The notes under the pieces were generated by a model, which saw only the letters and a program-made list of their open reading frames with translations, was not told the origin of the DNA and searched no databases. The translations under genes and the position numbers were made by a program. Source: Schmidtea polychroa (taxonomy: Eukaryota). Taken from it: a DNA stretch of 64,000 bases. Every line of letters begins with the position of its first letter. The first letter of the stretch is position 1. Of the stretch, positions 11,325 to 24,009 are shown in pieces. The stretch lies in the NCBI GenBank assembly GCA_044892525.1, contig CM097885.1, positions 51,896,001 through 51,960,000 on the forward strand, in the 5' to 3' direction.

Positions 11325-11602
11325 GAAACCTATCTAATTCGAGAATTTACAATATAATATCGAAAACATTCAAGTTCAAAGCTACCAAGGTTGAACAATC
11401 TATTAATTTGAATAATTTAGCAAAGTTATTAGATGGAGATTGTATATATGAGCCTGAATTATTCCCCTCTCTGAGTTATACAAAATATAACCCACTGTGT
11501 GTAAATATTTTTTCGAGTGGTAAAATAATCGTACTAGGTATGAAATCAATATTACCATCAGATGGAATTCAGATCGCGACACCACAATTTTATACTCAAT
11601 GA
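11170..11602 (+). pseudogene. Divergent intronless TATA-binding-protein (TBP)-like gene
   Basis: Repeat 1: TIIFFKNGECRIMGCK. Repeat 2: YEPELFPSLSY...VNIFSSGKIIVLGMKS (cf. TBP YEPELFPGLIYR...LIFVSGKVVLTGAK). Stop near 11336 and a frameshift around 11380-11405. Confidence 0.8.
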
Positions 11603-13653
11603 ATTTTGAACCTTATTAATTATAATGTATTTCATAGTTGCGATATGATCAATGAGAAATTTGTTCGATATTATAAAATAAGAGAAATGAATCAGAATTG
11701 TATATTGTACAAATTTATTTGATGCAAACAAGATTAAAGATTTGACAGACACCAAATAGTAAATATTTACTTATATTTAAAAGTTACTAGTCACTAATCC
11801 CTTGATTTCACATTCGATGTATTTCGTTGGAAAATATTTTTAAAAAGTACCTGAATATTTTTGTAATAATTATTTGTTAAAAATTAATTAATTACATTTG
11901 TGTAACAAATACATAAGGTTATAATAGTTCGACTTTTTATTACATGGGGTTAAAATTTATTAACCCATCACGTGATAGTTATATCGATCAAATGATTCTA
12001 GAACTTTCTATGGCTTCAATACATTGAATTATCTGAATATGTGTTTGATTTATTCAAACTTTGACGAATTCATTTACAGTTCATTAATGGATACATATTA
12101 TGGATTCTTAATTATATTCGTTCGTATTGATGTTACAAAAAGAAATCAAGTTTCCTTCATACACAATTTTCTTTCTAAATTGGATGAGTTTTATTTCAAT
12201 TTAATACCATTTTCATTATATTTTGCTATATATTTTTAATACTAATAAATTCAGACATTATTTAGGAATCAATGATATAGACAGCAGCGTTTCCAGATAT
12301 TATAATAAAAAGGTTTTGTATTTAAAAATCATTTTATTGTTGCGATAATTATTTAAAAGTTTTTGCCAAGTATTCTTTATCTGATTGGTTCAAATCCCAG
12401 CTTGTGTGACTTTTGTAATTAAAAATATTTTTATTATGTCAATTGAGTACAAGTTCTCGAAGTCTGTTAAATTGACTAAAACTCAATATTCAAATTTACA
12501 CGGAAATATATCTAAAGAGGATGTTGATTCAATCGATAAGGTTTTACAACAGATCAATAAAAGGTCGAGTTGAAATGAAAACATATTCATCAATTATCGG
12601 CAACTCGATTTCATGATGCTTATAATTATTATTAGTAGTAGTAGTATTATTATTATCATCTTCAATTATTATACTCAATATTATTATTTTAAAAATTATA
12701 ACAATTATCATGATGGAAAATGGTTAACCAATATATGATTCCCAAATTAATTTACATTAAATTTGTTACATTTTATTGAAAATTTACACAATTAATTTTC
12801 CCAACATGTAATGCCCTTATTTAAATTGAATAATTTTTTCAAAAGTGTTCTTCCATAAAGTTGTCCAGATTTTTATGAGAAATCAAGATAATCTAGTCAA
12901 ATTGAATAAGTTTCATTTCAATAAATTCAATGACGTATTTATAATAGGTAAATAAATTTATTATTAATGAAAAGTACATAAACTTTACAAACAAGGAAAA
13001 CTCCTAAATTAATATTTATTTAAAATGAATGTTTTCGTTTCTACAATTTATTTACTTTTAATTGACTATTAATGAAGAATTGAATTTTTTAATCCAGATA
13101 TACCTGAAAATTTATCAATTTAAAAATTGAAAATAAATTAATATTCTAAGAACTCGTTAATAATGAACTATATGAATAATCTTTCAAATATTTCCTCATG
13201 TTCTAGTTTTAATTTAACGCTATCTTTACAAAATTGTGGAAAATAATCCTAATGCATTTTAGATACCATTATACAAATGTCCTTATAAAAAAACTATAGG
13301 CATATTTGGTTTTATTATAATAAATAAAATTTTTTTTTGATTTTTTTTAATATTTAACTAAATTTAATAATTTGGAATGGGGTAATATTATTTTAAGAAG
13401 CCATTGAATTAAAGTAAGAATTTCAATAAACAGTAAAACGTGGAAAATTTAATAAACTAAGGTTGAATAAAGGTAAATTGGATTGCAATATTTATTTAAA
13501 AAGTAATTAAAATTGTATAATAAGGAAGAATAGAGTTTTAATTAGGCAATATTTTCAAAACTCAATAGAAGCACTTTGGAATTGATGATGAGATGTTGAA
13601 AATTAATGAAAAAAAACTATCAATGATTGGTTTGGATATGTGTGATATAAATT

Positions 13654-14040
13654 GTGAAGTTTGTCTTGCCTAGATTGTATTCAGATCTTGGTTTTGAATA
13701 TATATGTCATGTGTGCAATACCACACACATTGGAATGACTGTCAGTCATCTCCGTTCTCAAGTTCTTGATAACTATCGACTAAGGGAATTGATTTATATC
13801 AGCAAACACAATTTTATGTTTAGGTTTACATTTTTGTATTTGGAATGTTAAATGTTGAAATAAGAATTTTTGTATTCAACGTTGAAAAGTGGTTACTAAT
13901 TCCTGTTTTTTTAACTTCGTATTTGTTAGTGGATTTCAAATCTTACTTAGATGAAATTCGGATCTTGGTTATGAATATTTAGTTTGGATTTCAATTCTAC
14001 CTGACGATGACAGTGATTCTGTCGAAATATATTGTAATAA
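13654..14040 (+). mobile_element. Penelope-like element 3' remnant (GIY-YIG fragment plus terminal hammerhead-like motif)
   Basis: YICHVCNTTHIGMT...LRELIYI, followed by CTGACGA-stem-GAAA at 14001-14027. Confidence 0.6.
13997..14036 (+). ncRNA. Minimal type I hammerhead ribozyme-like motif
   Basis: CUGACGA(U)-GACAG/CUGUC stem II-GAAA-palindromic UAUA-UU, with a 3-bp stem I (UAC/GUA). Confidence 0.55.
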
Positions 14041-15674
14041 AATATATATATTGGATTTTTCGTTTTTCGTTATATTTAAATCGATGCAATTATTTAGTGA
14101 CTGTTATAATAATAAATAAAACTTAACAATATAATGAGAAATTAAAAAATAATATGTTTCCTTGCGATATTTTTCAAAAATAGAATTAATAAAAATTTGT
14201 TAACAACATTGCATGAACTTACCAAATATCTTACCAAAAGTAAAATATGTATTATTGTGTCATAATTTTTCTTTTGATAATTTAACTTATAGATGTCATA
14301 TTTTTATGTACACATTTAAATAAAAAAAAATTTATTTGTTAATTTTATTTTATAATGGTGTAAAATACAATTTTGTACAATAGTGCTAAATTTTTCATTT
14401 TTTGTTTTAATCTGCTATTTATAATTTCATTATTTCCCTCGTTATATATATTGTTTATCTGAAAATTTGTTATTTAACAGACACAAATTGAAAACAAAGT
14501 AACTTTTCATGAAATTATTTTTTCAAATTTTCTTTTGATTTAAATAAGATCTATTTTTAATTAATTAATTTTCAATTTTTTCTTTCGTTTGAAAATTGCG
14601 TCTGTGAATTTCAACAAAAAATCCCAAATAAAAAAATGTTTTAAAGACAATTAATATCTAAATCAAAAAGTTTTTTTCAAATTTATAATCGCTAGATGCG
14701 TCTAGATTTTGAGACAATTAATCCTTATAGATTGACATTTTCTGTGATATTAGTATCTTATGATTAAAGAATAGATCATGACTTAGAGAGTCATTTATGT
14801 TATATATACATCATTTATATTCTTTTAAATTAATTTTTTTCTGTCTCGAATCGCAGAATCTTTTCATCGATAATTGTTTTATGTTAAACAATTAAAAATA
14901 TTAGCAGTTCAGAAAATAATTTTAAAAATATTTTAAAATTTAATTTTATTAATTTAATTAGATTATTATTGTTGAATGCAATTTTTTTTTAATTTGAATT
15001 TTATCTGAAAATTGTATATGTTTGTCTTTTATGGTTTAAATATGGGTTTACGGGTTTATCTTTGATGTAGCTTTCGAAATTGCGGAAATTTTAAATAATT
15101 AATAAATATTTAAAATGTGTAATTTATATTAATTGATTTAATTAAAATTCCTGAAAAATTATTGATTTCTTGGGGTGTGACAAAACGGGCCAAGAAAAAT
15201 AAAAACATAAAGCATAAAAACTAAGTGCAAATCAATACAAACATCAAAATTCAAAATAATAATTAAAGTGCAAAAATTAATTTTAAAAAAATCAAATTGA
15301 ATTTCCATAATGAACTAGGTGTTATAAGAAATTTCTTCACAAAATGATTTCTGTTCGAATTAATATAACTCCTTTGAATTTTAGTCAAGGTTCTTATGAA
15401 TATTATGAAAAACAATTAATTTAATGAAAAAAGCAGTTAATATATATGATATATAAATATATATTTCCGGTCAGTTGTCCTTGACACAAAAAGCCCTGGA
15501 ATTAGATCTGATCTTGTAAATGATAGTGCAATTGGGAAAATTCTCATGTGCAAAAGATCTACGATTAAAATAGTATTTGATTTTCAAAATAAAATAACAA
15601 TTATTATTATTAATAAAAACAATGTCATTCGAAAAGAAATCAGAAGTGAAAATTGAAAAAAGTTCTTATAATAA

Positions 15675-15808
<134 letters not shown>

Positions 15809-16303
15809 ACATTAAATGATAATTTAGGGTTTTTGCTGCGAATAATATGTTCAATACAAATGAAAAAATTTCAAATATACGATAGTTCTTTTCAATTTCT
15901 TGGAATTTAGTTTCTTCTATTTTCAAATGATTTTTGATTTTCTCTTTTATCTCCATTTTCTTACTTCTCATTTATTAAAATTAAAAATAAACTTTTTTCT
16001 GAAAAATTTAAAATTTAAAATTTTTTATTACATATCCTCTAAAATTTAACACAAAACACTAAAAAAAGTTTTTAAATTTTTTAAGCTTCTATAATTAGCT
16101 CATAAAAACGTCTTTTAATAAATATCTTAATAAATAATATCTTAAAATATTTTTAAAAATATATCTTCCAATTTAAATATTTTAAAAAAATGTTTATATT
16201 TTTATTTTTATCCCTAATGATCTTTAAAAAGTATATTTCCTTAAAATTGGATCTAGTTTTTAAATTATTATTTTTAAATTTTTTTTTAAAACTATTCTCA
16301 AGA

Positions 16304-17437
<1,134 letters not shown>

Positions 17438-18035
17438 ACATAAGTAAATACAAATCAAAATTTAAATTAAAATTTCTGTTAAACAAGAAATATGCAAGAC
17501 TTCTAATTGAATAGAATCATTCAGCCTTGAAAACCATTTTCGAGTTTTTACGATAAATTATTTATCAGGTTATCTATTGAAGCGAGAAAATTGACGAAAA
17601 ATTCCAATAAAAACTCAAATTTCGTTGAATGAATTTCAAACGCTTCGTGTAAAAGACAATTTGCATTTCATTTCAATTTGAATTTATAATTTTTCTAAAC
17701 CTTTGTTTTATATAATGTATTAAAAACAAAACATATTTATTAATAGAATACTTCAAAATGATTATTGTAAAATATTAATTTAAGTATAATTTATGACCGG
17801 TTCTATTTGAACACATCATATTCATTTAAAAGTTATTTTTATGTGTGAAACCTTGAAGTTGTTATTAAAAAAAATCCCACTGTGCTTCATATATATTGTT
17901 TTTCAATAAGTGCAATTGAAACAGTTTTTGTTCTCTGTAATATTTATATTCTATTTTGGTTATTAGTGAAATTATTTGCTAAACTATTTTTGAAATTGAA
18001 CAATCTCTCAGCGTAGTTGTACAGAAAATACTATA

Positions 18036-18678
18036 CACCTAAACCTCGATTTGCGTCGTTAATTGGGACCGTAGAAAGACGACGCAAATCGAAATCATTT
18101 ATCGTATTTTTCATACCAGTTTTTCATTAATTGGTATCTTGTAGTAAATTTCAAATTTTTATTAATAAAAACATGTTTTTATATCAAAAGTGTATGAATA
18201 TCAACAAAAAACTTTAATTCATTATAAATTAAAACAGCACATTAAATAAAAAAACTTAAAAAATTATTAAATTAAAACAAAAGTTCGTAAATTCATAAAA
18301 ATTATAATTTTTACATTTGATTTCTTAATTAATATCTTATTTAAAAAAATTGATTTATTGAAATAAACCGGAAATCCCCTTATAATCCGAAAATAAAATT
18401 CCCGTAATAAACTTGATCTCAGAATCAAAACAAAAAATTAAGCTGTGAAGAATTATTGAATGACACAAAAATTAAATTCGAACAGTAAAAGTTTTGAAAC
18501 AAACAAAAAATTAAAACCATCTGCTAAGCATTGTTGCGTCAGTAATCTTATTAAATTATTAAATTTTAACAATGCAAATTGAAATTATAACGACGCAACT
18601 TTGAAATGACGAAAAATAATTAACGACCGAACTTCGAAAACGACGCAACTTCGAACGATGCAAATCGAAGTTTAGATG
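18036..18678. mobile_element. Tc1/mariner(pogo)-type MITE
   Basis: Imperfect TIRs CACCTAAACCTCGATTTGCGTCGTT / AACGATGCAAATCGAAGTTTAGATG; TA on both flanks; subterminal GACGCAA repeats. Confidence 0.75.
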
Positions 18679-19806
18679 TATTTTTAAAAGTCAGTTAATC
18701 ATCACTTATACTTCCCCGATATTCCACTAGTTATTATCACTTATATTTTCCCCACATTAATTTCTTTTAAAAATATTTTTATTAAAGTGATAATTTTTAT
18801 GAAATAATTTTAAATAAATTCAATTAATATATCTCCATCTTATCAATGACACTTCTCAGTATTTACCTCTCATAATCCATTAATGAATAATTCTACCGCT
18901 TATTTTCACCCATTTGAATTATTAATTTATCATCGAGTAATAAATAATTTCCTTACTTTAATGAAGATTAGTAGTGTGGTTATATACCCAACCAAAACAG
19001 CCCCCCAACAAAAACATGCCTCCAAATCACTTAAGCTATTAGAAAAACAACCTAAAACTTATACTTTTATAGTATTTTAACCCTATATTTTGAAAACAAC
19101 CACCCTTAATGACTCTAACTGTTTTAATCTTTAAAGCCTCAAACTCAAAAGCTTCAAACTAAAAAGAGAATAGAAAAGAAAATGGCATTATGAAAAAGTT
19201 AGAGGGCTATTTGATCTTTATCAGATTATTGATTTTAAATTATATAAATTAAAAAATAAATGAAAAATAGTAAAACTGCTCTGAGGGGACAGTGGTATTT
19301 TTTTTTTTTTTCACTGTCCCCTCAACAGTTTTTTTTTTGATCCGGATCATTTTTTTTATTTATCAACCTCTTTCGTTTATCGAATCTCTTCCAATATACA
19401 AGCTGGCCAGACTCATACATCAGAATCAATCCGATAATAGCAGCACACCTTATTATTCGCTTCTCGCTCGAATACGATTTCATCGGCGTTTTAAGTGTGC
19501 TGCTCGAAAGTACAAATGAATTCGAAAGCGAATTCGAAAGAGGTCCGAAAACAACTGAGAAATAAATGTGCACATTAAAGAATCGATCCGGGGGTGTTCG
19601 AAAGACAGGTGGCGATAATTACCGGTTCGCCACCATCACCCGTTTCAATATTTTTTTTTTCATATTTATGTTTAAAAAATAATTAATTAATAAAAAAATA
19701 AAATAAAATAAAATAAATAAAATAAAATATACAAGTACTTTATAAATATAAGATACCCACACTATTTTCAATATTATTTTCAAATTTTTAATATTATTTT
19801 ATGTTG

Positions 19807-19889
19807 AAAAAAAACTTACCTCAGATGTGATTTGAACCACTATCCATTTGAACCACTGTGCCAGTCTATTCCCACTGCGCCATCAAGGT
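19807..19889 (-). ncRNA. tRNA-like Pol III unit 2 (left TIR copy)
   Basis: On minus strand: A box TGGCGCAGTGG, B box GGTTCAAATC, T8 terminator. Confidence 0.6.
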
Positions 19890-20034
19890 TTGGATTTTTG
19901 TCATTTTTTTAATTTTTAATTTATAAAAAAATAAAATAAAATAAATAAAATAAAATATACAAGTACTTTATAAATATAAGATACCCACACTATTTTCAAT
20001 ATTATTTTCAAATTTTTAATATTATTTTATGTTG

Positions 20035-20117
20035 AAAAAAAAACTAACCTCAGATGTGATTTGAACCGCTAGCATTTTGAACCACTGTGTCAGTCTAGCC
20101 CACTGCGCCATCAAGGT
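20035..20117 (-). ncRNA. tRNA-like Pol III unit 1 (left TIR copy)
   Basis: On minus strand: A box TGGCGCAGTGG, B box GGTTCAAATC, T9 terminator. Confidence 0.6.
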
Positions 20118-20137
20118 TTGGATTTTTTGTCATTTTT

Positions 20138-20359
20138 TTAAATAATCGATTCAAGTTCTTTTATTCTTTCCTGTAATTGTTTTATTTTATCTAATCTTTT
20201 CTCAGCTACTTCTACTGCATTCATGTAAAAATGTCGATACTTTTCATTCTCTACCACCAACTCTTTAATGTATTCTAATGGTTCTTCTTCTCTTCTTTTT
20301 ATTCTCTTAAGTTTAACTTCATTCAATTCATTTCTCATTCTTTCAATAAAGTCAATCAT
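20138..20359 (-). CDS. Small coiled-coil protein
   Basis: 73 aa, AAAATG start, E/K/L heptad pattern; divergent from the MCP gene and ends at the TIR border. Confidence 0.6.
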   Translation of the reverse strand: MIDFIERMRNELNEVKLKRIKRREEEPLEYIKELVVENEKYRHFYMNAVEVAEKRLDKIKQLQERIKELESII

Positions 20360-20445
20360 TTTTATAAATTATTTTTTTATTGAATTCCCTTTTATTTTTA
20401 TTTTTATTTTTCAACTTTTATTTTTATCAACTTTTATATATAAAA

Positions 20446-21738
20446 ATGAATAATATAAATCTTAAAATTCAAGAAAAAAATAAATTAAATCTTGATTATA
20501 ATAAAGAATTTACTCATGAAATTAAAAAAAATGATATTTTAAAAATCTCTCCAACTTCAGGATCTATTGCAAACTTAAATCGTAGGGGTGATATAGTTTT
20601 TCAATCTCTTCAAACATCAAACCCTATAGATATTTGTAATGCCAAATTATATTATAAAATCGAATTAGAAATTGAAGCAAACAAAGATATAACCCTAGAA
20701 AATAATTTCTTTCCAAATTTATTCTCCAACATGAGATTAAAACTAGGATCATCAGAAATTGAAACTGTTTTGCATCCGGGAGTATATTCTACAATGTTAA
20801 ATTTTATTTTGACTGGTTGTGATTATAAAAACGAATATGGTGAATTAACAGGTTGGATTCCTGATGTTAATAAAGGGGATTTAGATAAAGATGGTTTAGA
20901 TGTAAATTATGGTTATTATAAAAGAGCTGAACTTTATAAATCTAAAAAATTTGAAGGTTATTTTGAATTAAAACACTTGTTTGGATTCCTTCAAAACTAT
21001 AATCGTATACTTCATAATGTTTTTATAGAATTCATCTGTAATAGAGTAGAAGGTGATAAAAGATTGTTCTATGGAGCTGTAGATACAAAAGCTAAATTAA
21101 AATTATCAACACTTGAATTACATATACCTGAATGGACATTAAACCCACATTCTGAGATTAAACTCCTTGAAAGATTAAATTCCAACAAGTCTATAAATGT
21201 AAATTATTTAAATAGAATCTGTAGTGAATTTAGTATGACAGGGGGTTCAACATATTCTATAAAGGTAGCAAATTTAGCATACCGACCAAGATATATCTTG
21301 ATTGGATTCAAAGAAGTAGATTCATCTTTCCAAAAAAATAACAACTTGTTTATTCAAAAGATTGGAGTTGATAATTTAAAAACAATCCAAATTCAATTAA
21401 ATAGTTCTTATTATCCAATAAATAGAATGGAATTTAATATTGAAAATAATGAAAACATATTCCCATATCTAAATTATATTGAAACATGTTATGATTTCAA
21501 AGTTGAACCGCAATTAAGTTTAGAAGATTTCAAAAATTTATATTCTATTTTTTGTATAAATGTTTCAGACCAAGATGATCGCCTAGCCATAAATAATGTT
21601 GATGTTACACTTCATGTAACAAAGGATTCTAATTTTAAAGCTAAAGTATATACATTAATATTAGAAGAAAAGAAAATAGAAATGAAATTATATGGTGGAA
21701 AGATTTCAATAATCGAAAATGTTAGGGGAGATTCTTGA
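20446..21738 (+). CDS. Major capsid protein (double jelly-roll, hexon-like)
   Basis: 430 aa from the ATG at 20446. Polinton MCP-like motifs NLN...IVF, LENNFFPNLFS...LGSSEIE, LKHLFGF, PRYILIGF, QLNSSYYP. Confidence 0.88.
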   Translation: MNNINLKIQEKNKLNLDYNKEFTHEIKKNDILKISPTSGSIANLNRRGDIVFQSLQTSNPIDICNAKLYYKIELEIEANKDITLENNFFPNLFSNMRLKLGSSEIETVLHPGVYSTMLNFILTGCDYKNEYGELTGWIPDVNKGDLDKDGLDVNYGYYKRAELYKSKKFEGYFELKHLFGFLQNYNRILHNVFIEFICNRVEGDKRLFYGAVDTKAKLKLSTLELHIPEWTLNPHSEIKLLERLNSNKSINVNYLNRICSEFSMTGGSTYSIKVANLAYRPRYILIGFKEVDSSFQKNNNLFIQKIGVDNLKTIQIQLNSSYYPINRMEFNIENNENIFPYLNYIETCYDFKVEPQLSLEDFKNLYSIFCINVSDQDDRLAINNVDVTLHVTKDSNFKAKVYTLILEEKKIEMKLYGGKISIIENVRGDS

Positions 21739-21767
21739 TATAATCCCTGATATTTTAACATTTTAAA

Positions 21768-23177
21768 ATGTCTCTAAATAAATATTGGAGATGTGAAAGT
21801 TGTAATTGTCAAGTTACAAGACATCATAAAGCAAGTCATTTAAAATCTAAAAAACATACAGGAGGTGATCTAATTCCACGAGCTGGAGGCGATTTGCAAT
21901 CTTCAAAAACAACATCTTCAATATTAAAACCTTTTACTACAGAAAAATATCCAGGTGAAAGACATTTATTTAAACACAACTATACTGGACCAGGAACACG
22001 TCTAGATATTAGATTAGATGAAAATAATAATCCCAAACAAGGAGAAGAACCCATAAATAGAATTGATCAAGCAGCTTTAAAACATGACATTGCATACAAT
22101 TCAACAAATCTTAGAGATAGACATGTTGCAGATGTGAATTTAATACATGATTTAAATAGTATCCAAAATCCATCAACCCAAGAAAAGATTCAAAGAGCTC
22201 TAGTTAAATTAGCAATGAAAGGTAAGATTTTCATAGGCTTAGGACACAGTCCGATCACCATGAGTGCAAGACTTCCTAGGAAAGCAAAAGATGTTGCTTA
22301 TAAAAAGATTATCGAACAAGCAGAGATTGAAAGATCCCTCGAGAGTACAGCCAAGACTAGTTTACAAACCCCAACAGAATCAGAAATAAAATATGCAAAG
22401 GAATTACACCATGAATTTAGAAAAAATAAAAAATATTTAAAAGTTCAAGTACATGAAAAAGATCAAACATGGTCTGCAGATTTAGTCTTTATGCCCAAAT
22501 CATCAGACCCTGAAAAATATAAAATAATTTTAACTGTAATAGATTTATATACAAGATTTGCTTTTGCAAGATGTTTAGAAAATAAAACAGGATATTCTAT
22601 TACAGAAGCATTTGAAAATATATTTGAAGAAAATCAAAGAATCCCAAAATATTTATGGTGTGATAAAGGAACAGAATTTTATAACAAAGTTTTTACAAAG
22701 TTTTTAAATGAAAATGATATTAAATTATATTCAACAGAAAACGAAGGAAAAGCAGTCGTAGTTGAAAGATTAAATAGAACATTAAAAAATAAAATGTGGA
22801 AATATTTTACTGCTATTGGAAAACAAAAATGGAACAATGAATTGTTACAAAAGATTGTAAATGAATATAATAATGATGTACATAGTTCTATAAAATTAAC
22901 ACCTTTAAATGCTTCCATGAAGCCTGAAACCATTAAAGTGGTAAATATTGAAAATGATGTTATTGAAAAACCAAAGTTTAAAATTGGTGACCGAGTAAGA
23001 ATATTTAAATATAAAAATAAATTTGAAAAAGGATTCACAGCAAAATGGACAAATGAAATTTTTATTATAAATAAAATACATTATACAACTCCAATAACAT
23101 ATAGCATCTTTGATTTAAATAATGAAAAAATATTAGGTAGATTTTATAATAATGAACTACAGAAAACAGATTTTTAA
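21768..23177 (+). CDS. Zinc finger-PLA2-rve integrase fusion protein
   Basis: C2H2-like CESC...HLKSKKH; parvovirus-type PLA2 motifs NYTGPG and DQAALKHDIAY; DDE triad WSADL, WCDKGTEF, VERLNRT; C-terminal KFKIGDRVRI domain. Confidence 0.95.
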   Translation: MSLNKYWRCESCNCQVTRHHKASHLKSKKHTGGDLIPRAGGDLQSSKTTSSILKPFTTEKYPGERHLFKHNYTGPGTRLDIRLDENNNPKQGEEPINRIDQAALKHDIAYNSTNLRDRHVADVNLIHDLNSIQNPSTQEKIQRALVKLAMKGKIFIGLGHSPITMSARLPRKAKDVAYKKIIEQAEIERSLESTAKTSLQTPTESEIKYAKELHHEFRKNKKYLKVQVHEKDQTWSADLVFMPKSSDPEKYKIILTVIDLYTRFAFARCLENKTGYSITEAFENIFEENQRIPKYLWCDKGTEFYNKVFTKFLNENDIKLYSTENEGKAVVVERLNRTLKNKMWKYFTAIGKQKWNNELLQKIVNEYNNDVHSSIKLTPLNASMKPETIKVVNIENDVIEKPKFKIGDRVRIFKYKNKFEKGFTAKWTNEIFIINKIHYTTPITYSIFDLNNEKILGRFYNNELQKTDF

Positions 23178-23188
23178 GTCGACAAGCC

Positions 23189-23994
23189 CTAAAACAAACT
23201 TTTCCATATTTCAGCTTCTTCTCTATCCAAATAAATATAATTATATTTTTCTTTCCAATGATTATCAACAAACATATCAAACATATTCTTATCAGGTTCA
23301 ACATTTGAAAATAAATCATTATAAATCATATTCTTATCACGGCGATCTAATTTAAAAAATATAAAACAATTGGAATTATTTCTTATTGAATTTTTATCTA
23401 AAGCATAATATGTTTGAGATATATAAATAACATTACAATTATTATGTCGACCTCGTGTAAAGTAACTCTTTTGAATCTCTTGATTTTTCATATTAACAAC
23501 ATCATCAAATATAACTAGATTCTTTTTATCTTTAGGAAGTAAATCACAATGTAAAACATCTTCAGGTTTATTAGAGAATAAAACTTGAATTGCCTCCTGC
23601 CCTTCTTCACAAATATAATCATTTTTATTATCAATATCTGATTCTAAAATCTTTTCCTTATACCAATCAACCATATCACAAGGTTGAAAAACTTCTTCAG
23701 GACACCTATGTTGATTTTTAAAAATATCAATTATTGCTTTTTTAGTTAATTTATTTTCAAATCCACATTTCAAAAGTTGTAATTCTGGTTGATTTATGGT
23801 TGTAGAATAAAAGATTAAATTATTATAATCTAAAAAATCATCTTCAAGTAACATTCTCAAAACAAGTACATCTTTCCACATCCAGAAGAACCAACAATTA
23901 ATAATCTAAAATTATCAGGAAATACTTTATTATTAAATTTACTCTTATGTCTATTTAAAATTGGTTTCCAAATTATTGGACTTCGTACATCCAT
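23189..23994 (-). CDS. A32/FtsK-like genome packaging ATPase (1-nt frameshift in Walker A)
   Basis: ATG at 23994 gives MDVRSP...LLIVGSSGCGK, frameshift at 23870/23871, then VLVLRMLL...LVIFDD (Walker B)...RGRHNNCNVIYISQ. Confidence 0.92.
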
Positions 23995-24009
23995 TTTGTT
24001 TATTATAAA

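Larger units (their letters stand above)
18970..20143 (+). repeat. Left terminal inverted repeat of element C
   Basis: Reverse complement of about 32883-34043, with only a few substitutions and homopolymer/AT-repeat length differences. Confidence 0.96.

Noticed and set aside
12385..12410. Isolated B-box-like GGTTCAAATCCC
   Set aside because: No upstream A box or tRNA-like structure; at most a decayed SINE fragment.
19500..19550. Heat-shock elements from repeated TTCGAA/GAATTC
   Set aside because: Lacks the 2-nt spacing of inverted nGAAn pentamers.
19292..19573. ORFs within the TIRs (also 33442-33753 and 18883-19080)
   Set aside because: Short, no recognisable domains, and their frames differ between the two TIRs through homopolymer length changes.
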